Assembly (NCBI GenBank): GCA_015059955.1
Contig: SUZK01000001.1
Span: 204,403-268,402 of the forward strand
From: Rikenellaceae bacterium
GTDB lineage: Bacteria > Bacteroidota > Bacteroidia > Bacteroidales > Rikenellaceae
Reading direction: 5' to 3'
Length of the DNA stretch: 64,000 nt
Positions within the stretch are counted from its first letter, which is position 1. Each line of letters opens with the position of its first letter. Under the pieces are notes generated by a model. The model had not been told where the DNA came from. It did no database searches and was given only the letters and a program-made list of their open reading frames with translations. The position numbers and the translations under genes are program-made. Below are positions 45,091 through 54,507 of this stretch, one piece after another.

Positions 45091-45098
45091 TATATTTG
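45091..45098 (+). promoter_or_regulatory. -7 promoter box TATATTTG for the DUF4091 gene
   Basis: Exact TAnnTTTG match 34 nt upstream of the ATG at 45132. Confidence 0.5.
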
Positions 45099-45131
45099 TT
45101 GCAAGAAGTGTGAAATTAACCTTTACATAGT

Positions 45132-46832
45132 ATGATACGATCAAAACGAGTGATATTAGCCATGCTTTTGGTGTGTGCAGTGGTCGGTTGCAAGACTCCT
45201 GCAATGGTCACCTCTCATGCATCTGCTGAGCAGCGCACATGGGGCGATGTGGTGCAACCTCTGAATGCCGCGTGGGTGAGCATTGATGAGCGGTACTCCC
45301 AAAGCGTACTTCCTACAACATACAGCACGGCTGCGATGCCTATCGTGGCGTGGCGTGGCGAGAGGGCCTCGGCACAGCTCCTTGTATGGAGTGCCGAAGG
45401 GCTCGATGATGTAAGATGTGAGGTCAAATCGTTTCGCTCTAAGGGGGCGACACTGCCAGCTTCGATAGCCCAGACACGCTTTGTGGGCTATACCATCGCC
45501 AATAGCCACTATCGCAGTAGCGATGCTGTGTTTGCTGCCGATATGCTCGATACTGTCGATTGTATGGATGTGGCTCCCCGTACGGTGTGCCCCGTGTGGC
45601 TTACGATAAGCGTGCCTCAGGATGCCGAGGCGGGGATATACACCTCTGAAATCGTTGTTAGCTGCGATGGTAAGGATAGGGTGGTACTACCGCTAACCCT
45701 TGAGGTGCAGCCTTATACGCTTGCTACACCCGACAAGTGGGCGTATCATCTTGACCTATGGCAGCACCCAACGGCCGTGGCGCGTGCCGAGGGTCACGAG
45801 CTATGGAGCGCCGAGCACTTTGAGGCGCTTAGACGCGACATGACACTGCTTGCGAATGCTGGTCAGAAGGTGATAACCACTACCCTAAATAGAGACCCAT
45901 GGAACCACCAATGCTACGATGGCTATGAGCCGATGATTAAGTGGACACTGCGCGAGGATGGCACGTGGAGCTACGACTATGCTATCTTCGACCGTTGGGT
46001 GGAGCTGATGCTCAGCCTCGGCATCGACAAGATGATAAACTGCTACTCAATGGTGCCCTGGAACTGCCAACTCGACTACTATGACGAGGCAAGTGGCGAG
46101 GTGGTCACAGTGAGAGCTACGCCCGGTAAGCCTATCTTCGAGACAATGTGGCGTCCCTTCTTACTTGACTTTAAGCGACATCTTAGCGAGCGTGGATGGC
46201 TCGAAATAACAAATATCGCCATGGACGAGCGCTCGCCAGAGGAGATGGATGCTGCCGTTAAGCTGTTGGAGGAGTGCGCCCCAGAGATGGGCTTCGCCAT
46301 CGCCGATATGCACAAGTCGTATAAGCGCTATCTGAATATGCGCGACGTATGTGTGGCTCAAGAGCAACCCGCCGATGGCGACGATATCCTTGCGCGCCGC
46401 GAGAAGGGTTTCAATACGACATTCTATATATGTTGCAATCCAGAGTTCCCAAATACCTTCACCTGCTCGCAGCCATATGAGGCGGAGCTGTTGGGGTGGT
46501 ATGGCATTGCGTGCGACTACGATGGCATGCTGCGCTGGGCATATAACTCATGGCCCGCCGACCCTCAGCACGACTCGCGCTTTGGCAACTGGACATCGGG
46601 CGATACATATCTTGTATATCCTTATGCTCGCTCCTCGATACGCTTCGAGCGACTCGTTGATGGCATCGAGGTTGCCGAGAAGATACGTACACTGCGCCGT
46701 ATGGGTATAGATACGAGTGAGGTTGAGGCTGTGTTGGCGAAGATTCGTGCCACCAATGTTAATGACCCTCGCAAGCCATGGAGGCAGATTATTCGCGAAG
46801 CACGTGAGGCGCTTAATGAGGTGTCGCGATAA
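45132..46832 (+). CDS. DUF4091 domain protein (GH123-like putative beta-N-acetylgalactosaminidase)
   Basis: 566 aa with lipoprotein-like signal LLVCAVVGC. Segments DLWQHP, NRDPWNHQCYDGYEPMIKW, FDRWVELM and LRWAYNSW are recalled from the DUF4091/GH123 family. Confidence 0.6.
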   Translation: MIRSKRVILAMLLVCAVVGCKTPAMVTSHASAEQRTWGDVVQPLNAAWVSIDERYSQSVLPTTYSTAAMPIVAWRGERASAQLLVWSAEGLDDVRCEVKSFRSKGATLPASIAQTRFVGYTIANSHYRSSDAVFAADMLDTVDCMDVAPRTVCPVWLTISVPQDAEAGIYTSEIVVSCDGKDRVVLPLTLEVQPYTLATPDKWAYHLDLWQHPTAVARAEGHELWSAEHFEALRRDMTLLANAGQKVITTTLNRDPWNHQCYDGYEPMIKWTLREDGTWSYDYAIFDRWVELMLSLGIDKMINCYSMVPWNCQLDYYDEASGEVVTVRATPGKPIFETMWRPFLLDFKRHLSERGWLEITNIAMDERSPEEMDAAVKLLEECAPEMGFAIADMHKSYKRYLNMRDVCVAQEQPADGDDILARREKGFNTTFYICCNPEFPNTFTCSQPYEAELLGWYGIACDYDGMLRWAYNSWPADPQHDSRFGNWTSGDTYLVYPYARSSIRFERLVDGIEVAEKIRTLRRMGIDTSEVEAVLAKIRATNVNDPRKPWRQIIREAREALNEVSR

Positions 46833-46867
46833 ATAAGAGGCTGAATAAAAAGTGTATTTTGTCGTTC

Positions 46868-46993
46868 TTTGTTGTGATAAGACATCATCTACTACCGCTA
46901 ATGAATTATCTTGTCAATGGGCAGTACCACAAAGTACAGCCCATCGTCAAGAAATTCACCGAGCGTTGTATCTAATGTCTTCTGCCAACAAAA
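46868..46993 (+). repeat. PIE-family element downstream of the DUF4091 gene
   Basis: TTTGTTGTGATAAGACATCATCTACTACCGCTAATGAATTATC...CAATGGGCAGTAC..GTACAGCCCATCG...GAGCGTTGTATCTAATGTCTTCTGCCAACAAA is clearly homologous to 14970-15108. Confidence 0.8.
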
Positions 46994-47153
46994 CAGCTCG
47001 CCCTCAAAATGCTCATTTACGCCGAGTAAACTGCGGTTTTTCGGGCTTCGCAGGCCTAAAACCACATCTTTTTCTTCAACCTCCTAACACAAATTTGGGA
47101 TGGCTAAAATACTTTTTAGTCACCCCCCCCTTATTTTATACATATAGCTGAGC

Positions 47154-48569
47154 TTACTCGACGAGCGTGAACTCACCGCTATAATAGAGCGCTATGCCGC
47201 CCTCCTCGGTGTAGAGGTTGAGGTTGAGGCGCAGACGGCCGCCCTCGGCATCGTATTCGGGAATCTGGGCATTCATGCCGTAGCATACGCCCTCACCCTT
47301 TTTATATGTCGACCTCTGATATTTGAAAATCATCTCAGGATAGGAGCTGCCCGATATAAAGTTTCCCTTCATAAGCCACTTCTCCCAGCCCTCCTTGGGG
47401 TAGATGATGACAACATCTGCGGTAGACATATCCTTTACCGTGGTAATACCACTGCGGCTCGATACATATATTTTATACTCCTCGTCGCCGCTGTTGTCGA
47501 GCACTACCGAGCGAGGCGTAAATAGCTCGGTGCGCTCGTCGTACGATATGTTAACACACTCGTTGACCGAGCGATAGTCGCCAGTAAAGTTGACATTTAC
47601 CACTATGTCATTGTAGCTCAGATTTTCGCAGGTGAGTAGGCCATTCTTGATGCTAATCACTCCCGTGCGGTTTGCGCGGTTGTCGTTCGACACTCTGAGG
47701 TCCATGCCCTTGATAGGGTCACACGCCCATATAGAGAACTCGCCATCGTAGGTGGCAACATCAATTGTGATGTCATCCTCCAATGTTACGCCTGCGATGT
47801 TGACCTTAAGGGATGGTGTATCCTCGTAATATACGTAGGTCTTGATAGCATCCTTGCAGATGGTGTATATCACGCCCTCAGGAGTCTGCTCTGCATATGC
47901 CGAGCCAACGATGCTATCTACCTCCACGTCACCCCATGTGTAGCGGTAGTAGGAGTCGGTAGTTATTGGCTCTTCGGGCTTCTCTAATGGGAGCGTAGCA
48001 ACAACCTCTACGCTACCTACAACCGTCTCGTACTGCGCCTTGATGGTTATGTCGTATGTATGTTCGTTGAGCGATACGACAACCTCTCCAGAGGCGATAT
48101 TTAGATGGTCTGAAGCTGTATCCACTATGTCGAGCTCGCTGTGCTTGGCGACGAACATATATACAACATCTTCGCTGCTTATATCAAGCACGTCGATATA
48201 GCCGTTGTTGTTATCTATGGCATCGTAGATTGTCTGCTCGCCAAACGATAGGAAGATATACTCCTCACCCTCGATAATGTCGTCGAACGACTCGATGCCA
48301 TCAACCGTACTCATCGCCATAGCATACTGATAGCCAAGGTCGTTGGCGTCGTTGATTATGTAGCGCATCGACTTGAGCTCCGTAACCACGCCATCGTACT
48401 CGATGTAGTTTTGTGGCTTTTCGGGCTCTGGGTCGGGCTCTGGGTCGGGGGTTGGCGCATCCTGTTCGGGATTGTCGGGCGTAGGAGTCTCATTGTCGTC
48501 GCATGCAGCAAATGTGATTGAAGCAACGCCGATAATGGCCAAGAGAATATATTTAGATATGTGTCGCAT
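47154..48569 (-). CDS. Hypothetical surface lipoprotein
   Basis: 471 aa with lipobox SITFAAC-DDNE, followed by a Pro/Glu/Asp-rich linker. No family recognised. Confidence 0.6.
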   Translation of the reverse strand: MRHISKYILLAIIGVASITFAACDDNETPTPDNPEQDAPTPDPEPDPEPEKPQNYIEYDGVVTELKSMRYIINDANDLGYQYAMAMSTVDGIESFDDIIEGEEYIFLSFGEQTIYDAIDNNNGYIDVLDISSEDVVYMFVAKHSELDIVDTASDHLNIASGEVVVSLNEHTYDITIKAQYETVVGSVEVVATLPLEKPEEPITTDSYYRYTWGDVEVDSIVGSAYAEQTPEGVIYTICKDAIKTYVYYEDTPSLKVNIAGVTLEDDITIDVATYDGEFSIWACDPIKGMDLRVSNDNRANRTGVISIKNGLLTCENLSYNDIVVNVNFTGDYRSVNECVNISYDERTELFTPRSVVLDNSGDEEYKIYVSSRSGITTVKDMSTADVVIIYPKEGWEKWLMKGNFISGSSYPEMIFKYQRSTYKKGEGVCYGMNAQIPEYDAEGGRLRLNLNLYTEEGGIALYYSGEFTLVE

Positions 48570-48585
48570 TATTTTGGTGTATTTT

Positions 48586-48779
48586 AGAATCTGTTTAAAT
48601 TTTATTTCGAGATTATTTGAGGACTATTTTTGAGCAGATATTCATTTTGAGGATGCAGGGAATAGCGAGCTATTTTCAAATTCCCAAAATGGATAGATGC
48701 CGAAAAGAGTCTCAAAGAAGCCGAAACTACTCTTAGCAATAACGAATTAACTTGTTTAATAAAATTCAAAACAGATTCT
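48586..48779. promoter_or_regulatory. Candidate invertible promoter segment (inverton)
   Basis: The inverted repeats AGAATCTGTTTAAATTTTATT (48586-48606) and AATAAAATTCAAAACAGATTCT (48758-48779) share blocks of 11 and 9 identical positions around one small indel. They flank about 150 bp that contains a perfect TATTTTTG box (48625-48632, plus strand). The segment lies between divergent genes. Confidence 0.4.
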
Positions 48780-48899
48780 TATTGTTAGTTAGTATATTCC
48801 ACAACAAAGATACATAAAAAATAGTAAAATCAAAATTTCAAGATAGATGATATATTGTTAAGTGTCACCATTGGATTTGTTTGTTATGCGATTATTGTA

Positions 48900-48907
48900 T
48901 AACTTTG
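48900..48907 (+). promoter_or_regulatory. -7 promoter box TAACTTTG for the GH109-like/nahK pair
   Basis: Exact TAnnTTTG match 22 nt upstream of the ATG at 48929. Confidence 0.5.
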
Positions 48908-48928
48908 TATGCATAAACCCTATTCGCT

Positions 48929-50380
48929 ATGAAATACAGAGTCACACTATTTAATTTGATGGTTGTTGTCCTCGCATCGTTTGTCGTTGGGTGCGGCACG
49001 CAGAGAGGAGCATATAAGGCGAGTGTCGACTACGCTATTGTCGATGGCGTTATAATCCTTGATGAGCCTCAGCGTGGCCCTGAGCAGCAGTCGATGATAG
49101 AGTTTCGCGCCGAGCCTCTTGACGTCGTGCGCGTGGGCTTTGTAGGCCTCGGCATGCGTGGTCCTGGTGCTGTCGAGCGCTTTACATATATCGAGGGCGT
49201 GGCAATCAATGCACTCTGCGATAAGTATGCCGAGCGTGCCGAGCGTTGCCAGGAGTATCTCACAAGGGCCGGCATGCCTGCGGCAAAGGTCTATTCGGGC
49301 GATGAGGGATACAAGGCGTTATGCGAGAGCGACGACATAGACCTTGTGTATATAGCCACCCCATGGCAGCTACACGTCGACGTGGCGGTATACGCCATGG
49401 AGCATGGCAAGCATGTGGCAATAGAGGTGCCAAGTGCCAATACCGTTGAGGAGTGCTGGAGGCTTGTCGATGCCGCCGAGCGTAACCGTGTGCACTGCAC
49501 AATACTCGAAAATTGCTGCTACGACCACTTCGAACTCACGACACTCAACATGGCACAGCAGGGGCTCTTCGGTGAGATAATACACGCCGAGGGTGCATAT
49601 ATCCACAACCTTGAGCCATACTGGGAGCACTATGCCGACAACTGGCGCTTGGAGTATAACCAGGCAAACAATGGCGATATATACGCTACGCACGGCATAG
49701 GCCCTAACTGTCAGGCGCTCAACATCCATCGTGGTGATAGACTCGACTACCTTGTGGCGATGTCGACACGCTCGATAAATGGCGCGAAGCTAACCAAAGA
49801 GCTTATGGGCGCGGATGAGTGCAAGCAGGGCGACCAGATAAATACCCTTATACGTACCGTAAATGGCTGCACGATAGACATGCAGCATAACGTGATGACA
49901 CCACGCCCATATAGCCGTATGTATCAGCTTGTGGGCACCGAGGGTTATGCCAACAAATATCCCGTGCAGGGCTATACCTTCAAGCTCGACCAGCTTCGCA
50001 GTGTCGACAAGAGTGCTGTGCCCGATATCGAGGACCTCAATCATCATACCTTCGCCCCTAAGGAGGTTGTCGAGGCTATGACAGAGAAATATAAGCACCC
50101 TGTGCAGCGACAGCTTGTCAATGGCATCCCCTTGCAGGAGTACTCGCTAAGCATTGGTGGCCACGGTGGCATGGACTTTATCATGGACTATCGCCTCGTA
50201 TACTGCCTACGAAATGGTCTGCCTCTTGATATGGATGTCTACGATGCGGCGGAGTGGAGCAGCATGGGCGAGCTTACGCGCATATCTATTGAGAATGGCA
50301 GTAAGCCCGTTAAGGTGCCCGACTTCACACGTGGAGACTGGAATAGGGTAGATGGCCTAACATTCTATTTTGCAGAGTAA
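48929..50380 (+). CDS. Gfo/Idh/MocA-family NAD-dependent glycosidase-like protein (GH109-like, putative alpha-N-acetylgalactosaminidase)
   Basis: 483 aa with signal/lipobox LASFVVGC. Rossmann start RVGFVGLGMRGPGAVERF and the overall Gfo/Idh/MocA layout with a long C-terminal domain match GH109. Confidence 0.7.
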   Translation: MKYRVTLFNLMVVVLASFVVGCGTQRGAYKASVDYAIVDGVIILDEPQRGPEQQSMIEFRAEPLDVVRVGFVGLGMRGPGAVERFTYIEGVAINALCDKYAERAERCQEYLTRAGMPAAKVYSGDEGYKALCESDDIDLVYIATPWQLHVDVAVYAMEHGKHVAIEVPSANTVEECWRLVDAAERNRVHCTILENCCYDHFELTTLNMAQQGLFGEIIHAEGAYIHNLEPYWEHYADNWRLEYNQANNGDIYATHGIGPNCQALNIHRGDRLDYLVAMSTRSINGAKLTKELMGADECKQGDQINTLIRTVNGCTIDMQHNVMTPRPYSRMYQLVGTEGYANKYPVQGYTFKLDQLRSVDKSAVPDIEDLNHHTFAPKEVVEAMTEKYKHPVQRQLVNGIPLQEYSLSIGGHGGMDFIMDYRLVYCLRNGLPLDMDVYDAAEWSSMGELTRISIENGSKPVKVPDFTRGDWNRVDGLTFYFAE

Positions 50381-50394
50381 TAACATACAAAATT

Positions 50395-51477
50395 ATGTCA
50401 AACATAGATTTGAACCACATAGCCGAGCATTTCGCTTTCGATGCCCCTGTTGTCGACATAACGACACTGGGCCAGGGCTTTATCAACGATACCTACATCG
50501 TTACGACCGAGAAGTCACGCTATATCCTTCAGCGCAAGAACCATAACGTATTTCCCGACGTGGCGGCGATGATGGACAATATCCAGCGTGTAACCACGCA
50601 TCTTAAGGCTAAGGTAGAGGCTGCGGGAGGTGACCCTATGCGCGAGGTGCTCACCGTAATACCTACAAAGGAGGGCGCGCTCTACCATCGCGAGGGCGAT
50701 AACTTCTGGGCGGCATCGCTCTATATCGAGGGCTCGGTGACGCATGATGTAGCCGACACGCCTCGCCTCGCCTATATGGGTGGTCGCGGCATAGGTCGCT
50801 TCCAGGCTATGCTTGCCGACTTCACAGAGCCACTGGCCGAGGTTATCAAGGGCTTCCACAATATACGCTGGCGCTTCGAGCAGTGGGATAAGGCGCTTGT
50901 GGAGGATAGGGCAGGGCGCAAGGCCGAGGTTGCAGAGGAAATAGGGTGGATAGAGAGCCGCCGCGCGCAGATGCTTGGGTTTTGGGAGATGGTCGAGCAG
51001 GGCGTGTTGCCAAGGCGTGTGACACACAACGACACGAAGCTGAGCAACATACTCTTCGATGAGCGTGATGAGGTGTTGTGCGTCATCGACCTCGATACGG
51101 TGATGAGTAGTACCTCGCTGAACGACTTTGGCGATGCCATACGCTCCTATACAAATACTGGCGCTGAGGATGATGCTGACCTTGAGCGCGTGTCGATGGA
51201 TATCGCCATCTTCCGCCACTATGCCGAGGGCTTCATCGAGGAGCGTGGGGCGACGATGACGGCGAGCGAGAAGGAGTGGTTGGCATTCTCGGCGTTATAT
51301 ATCACCTACGAGCAGGTGCTACGCTTCTTGATGGATTATATTGATGGCGATAGCTACTACAAGGTGGCATACCCAACGCATAACCTTGTGCGTGCCCGCG
51401 CTCAGCATAAGCTCCTTGAGAGTATGGAGGCTCAGTACGACAAGATGCAGTCGATAGTTCGTGAGCTTATCGCGTAA
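50395..51477 (+). CDS. nahK: N-acetylhexosamine 1-kinase (NahK/LnpB homologue, APH-fold)
   Basis: 360 aa, collinear with my recollection of Bifidobacterium NahK: GFINDTYIV, RYILQR.N..FPD, RVTHNDTKLSNILFD, IDLDTVM, NDFGDAIR and YPTHNLVRARAQ. Confidence 0.85.
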   Translation: MSNIDLNHIAEHFAFDAPVVDITTLGQGFINDTYIVTTEKSRYILQRKNHNVFPDVAAMMDNIQRVTTHLKAKVEAAGGDPMREVLTVIPTKEGALYHREGDNFWAASLYIEGSVTHDVADTPRLAYMGGRGIGRFQAMLADFTEPLAEVIKGFHNIRWRFEQWDKALVEDRAGRKAEVAEEIGWIESRRAQMLGFWEMVEQGVLPRRVTHNDTKLSNILFDERDEVLCVIDLDTVMSSTSLNDFGDAIRSYTNTGAEDDADLERVSMDIAIFRHYAEGFIEERGATMTASEKEWLAFSALYITYEQVLRFLMDYIDGDSYYKVAYPTHNLVRARAQHKLLESMEAQYDKMQSIVRELIA

Positions 51478-51508
51478 TCGTAAATAGCGTGTGATTATTG
51501 AAAAGATT

Positions 51509-51544
51509 GAGGAGTCCCGAGACTACATCGGAACTCCTCTTTTG
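51509..51544. terminator. Terminator between convergent nahK and the 627-aa gene
   Basis: GAGGAGTCCCGA-gactaca-TCGGAACTCCTC forms a 12-bp stem with one mismatch, followed by TTTTG. Confidence 0.7.
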
Positions 51545-51622
51545 CAACACTAATTAGAGAGAAAGCAAGATTTAAAGAAGTGTTGCATTGTCGTATATCA
51601 TCAATGTATGCGCTTGATGCGC

Positions 51623-53506
51623 CTAATCTCTGACGATGTTATACCTCTCGATAAACTCCTCCATGGTTAGCTCCTTGCCCAGTACGACAACCTTTCCAAT
51701 CTGAGCACCATGCTCAATGACCATACGCGAGGTGTTGGTCTTGATTGCTATATTAAGTTCATCTATAACAGCCTCGGAGCTAATGCGTATGCGTGGTGGG
51801 TAACGCTCGAAACTAACCACCTCGTTGGTGTTTGTCAGCACCAGCGAACCAATATGAGCTCTATTAATTGTAAGCATATTCTTCGGACGAGCATTATTGA
51901 TTCCACCCCACATCAATGTCTCGACCTCGGCACCATCATTAATAGTCATCTCGGTATGCTCGGTTGTGCCAATCTTACCAAATTTGCCACCATTGATAAT
52001 CGTATTGGAGTTGTTAACCGAGAACAAGTCAAATATATTGGGCGCAATAGGTGGATTCTCCAAGCTCGAACGCTCGGTGCCGTATACCTGACAGTTGTTT
52101 AGTACGGCCTTACCATAGACAATAACAGCAGAACCAAACTTTCCGGTATATGAAACAATCTCGTTGTTAAGCACATTAACGTTGTTCCAGATGGTGCTAA
52201 ATGCCGCCTGGTCAGCCTTGTTGTTGTACATAGGCATCCAATTATGGCAGTAGATGCCAAGCGTTGTACAACGTAGCTCTCCGGTGATGGTGAGGTCGTT
52301 TACGGTGATAGTAGGAGGTGTCACACCCTTAAATCCACTTTGGTACGTTGTAAACGTGTTCATCACGAAATCGGCCATGCCGGTAGCCGTAAAGTTAATC
52401 GTATGGTTGTTGCCCTGCACCAAGAACTCGCCATCAACGGTGAAGTCACCCGAAGGGATAGGGAGCATTGTTTGTATCTGGTCCTGTCCGTAGAAGCCCT
52501 GCGTGATAAGGTTCTCGGCATGGGTCATGATAGACTTGTTTACCAGGGTAACATCCTCCTTAATATTGAAATCGCCATCATCCTCGTCATCCTCTACCCA
52601 CGAATTTTTCTTGTCGGGATCGAGAATGGTAAATAGCTCGATATACTCGCTACGCTTCAAGCTGTACGCATTTTTGATTACGGCAACATGGTCGAAGCGA
52701 TCATCGCTGGCATCAATCCTTACGGTGAGGTCACTTGCTTGATACTCCTCGGCAGGGATGGCTATAAAGAAGCTCTTGAACTCGGTGTTGAGCCTACCTG
52801 CCTCGGCACTATTATTAAGAGTGATGGTATTCGTGCGCTCGCCCGTACGAGAGCTGTCGTTATCAATATGAGCGGTGAAATCATCGTCCATGTTAATAAT
52901 TACAGGACCCGCAATATTGCGATAGCGTGAGCCTACGACGATGCTGTTGATATGCGCTATATCCGCGCACTTCTCCGTAGTCTTAATGTTGACCTTGACC
53001 AAAGCACACGAGTTTCTGAAGGTGAAGATGTTGCTGAATGGCGCCGCCTTAGAGACCATCAACGCATGGTTGAGGTTGATGGCATCGCTACGATATTGCT
53101 GTACGGCGTCAATGTATGAGCGTATCACGCAGCTACCACCCGACGAGTATTCAATCTCGTTATCGGCGCGGTATGGGAAAATCGCATATTTGTTGTTCGT
53201 GGCCTCGGCAGAGCTGTCACCGTCGACAGCCGTAATAGGCGAGACAATGACATCGGCCTTCTCGGTAACGTACTCTCGGTTTTGAGTGTCGTTCAAGAAT
53301 ACAGATACACTGTTGCCCAACTCCCATCTGAAATAGTAGTCGTCGCCAAGATATACACGTGTGCTCTCGTCAGCAAACGAGGCGATAAGTCCCGTGCTGG
53401 TGTCCGGTGTGTCGGTGTTGGTATGTGGTGGCTCAATAGCAATCTCTTGCTGGCAACCGATGCCCATTAGGGCGCATGCTATGAGCGTAGTAAGTAATCT
53501 TCTCAT
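51623..53506 (-). CDS. Fimbrillin-family-like lipoprotein with long C-terminal extension (possible type V pilus tip/adhesin)
   Basis: 627 aa with lipobox LMGIGC-QQE. The N-terminal ASFADESTRVYLGDD..FRWELGNSVSVF and FTFRNSCALVKVNI resemble Bacteroidales fimbrillin/Mfa-like proteins. The C-terminal half is repetitive and beta-rich. Confidence 0.45.
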   Translation of the reverse strand: MRRLLTTLIACALMGIGCQQEIAIEPPHTNTDTPDTSTGLIASFADESTRVYLGDDYYFRWELGNSVSVFLNDTQNREYVTEKADVIVSPITAVDGDSSAEATNNKYAIFPYRADNEIEYSSGGSCVIRSYIDAVQQYRSDAINLNHALMVSKAAPFSNIFTFRNSCALVKVNIKTTEKCADIAHINSIVVGSRYRNIAGPVIINMDDDFTAHIDNDSSRTGERTNTITLNNSAEAGRLNTEFKSFFIAIPAEEYQASDLTVRIDASDDRFDHVAVIKNAYSLKRSEYIELFTILDPDKKNSWVEDDEDDGDFNIKEDVTLVNKSIMTHAENLITQGFYGQDQIQTMLPIPSGDFTVDGEFLVQGNNHTINFTATGMADFVMNTFTTYQSGFKGVTPPTITVNDLTITGELRCTTLGIYCHNWMPMYNNKADQAAFSTIWNNVNVLNNEIVSYTGKFGSAVIVYGKAVLNNCQVYGTERSSLENPPIAPNIFDLFSVNNSNTIINGGKFGKIGTTEHTEMTINDGAEVETLMWGGINNARPKNMLTINRAHIGSLVLTNTNEVVSFERYPPRIRISSEAVIDELNIAIKTNTSRMVIEHGAQIGKVVVLGKELTMEEFIERYNIVRD

Positions 53507-53538
53507 ATCCTAAATATTTCGTTTGTGTGCACTAATGG

Positions 53539-54507
53539 TTAGAACTCATCTCCACCATCTGGCGTGATAGGCGTATATAGACCTTCGATATGACCGTCGG
53601 TGAGCATGCGTCCTACGATGGTCGTTAGATGGTTGCGCGCGATAGGTATGCCCTTATCAATAGATATTTTAGCTATATCCTCATCGCGCAACGTGTCTCG
53701 TATAATTAGGTCAAATGTGATGTCGCTTGCCTCGTAGTCGGTGAATATGTAGTCGCAAAATATCGTCTTGCGTCCCGAGAGTAATGCGCCGTCGTCATCT
53801 GCCTCATTGTCGTAGTTGGCAGGGGTGTAGGCGTAAGTAAATGGCGCAGTGTCGTCGCTGTTAACACAACCCTCGTATGCGTTAAAACTTTGGGGTATGT
53901 CGATATTGTAGGTTATCTCACCATAGTTGACATCGTATCCGAAGTCCTCGATAATATCCATATCTGTGGTGATTATGCGCAACTTGGCAAATGGACGAAT
54001 TAGCGTGATGCTGATAGACTTGTTGGCGCTGAACTCATCAACAGTACATTGACCCGTAAATGCATCACGATACTCGTTCATGATACGGTTGGCACCTATG
54101 ACCTTGACGCTCTTTAAGTTGGAGGTGTCGTAGTATAGGTCTATGTCCTTGGCACTGTCGACAATATCGGCCCACGCCACCAAACGATAGCTTCGGCCAG
54201 GCACCATTCGTGTGTCAAATGCTACCGACTTGTTGTCGCTAAACTTAACTTTGCGTATGGGCTCGTCGCTTCCAACCAGGTAGATTTGCAGTATGTAGCG
54301 TATGGTCTTATCTCCCGATAGGTCGATATTTTCCAATCCACTGATGCCGCTATCCATGTAGTCGGCGCGACTCAATGAGCACTCCTCGAATGATACATTT
54401 ACCGTTACAGCATCACCCTCCTCGATGGTGGTTGATGGTAGCTCCCTGTTGCACGAGTAGAGTGCAAGGGTAAGGGTTACAAGTATGAGTGTGCGAATAT
54501 GTAGCAT
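53539..54507 (-). CDS. Fimbrillin/Mfa2-like lipoprotein
   Basis: 322 aa with lipobox LTLALYSC-NRE. Segments IRYILQIY and LIRPFAKLRIITTD resemble the FimB/Mfa2 family. Confidence 0.45.
   Translation of the reverse strand: MLHIRTLILVTLTLALYSCNRELPSTTIEEGDAVTVNVSFEECSLSRADYMDSGISGLENIDLSGDKTIRYILQIYLVGSDEPIRKVKFSDNKSVAFDTRMVPGRSYRLVAWADIVDSAKDIDLYYDTSNLKSVKVIGANRIMNEYRDAFTGQCTVDEFSANKSISITLIRPFAKLRIITTDMDIIEDFGYDVNYGEITYNIDIPQSFNAYEGCVNSDDTAPFTYAYTPANYDNEADDDGALLSGRKTIFCDYIFTDYEASDITFDLIIRDTLRDEDIAKISIDKGIPIARNHLTTIVGRMLTDGHIEGLYTPITPDGGDEF

Noticed and set aside
50515-51219. 234-aa minus-strand ORF inside nahK
   Set aside because: It is antisense to a gene with near-collinear NahK homology.
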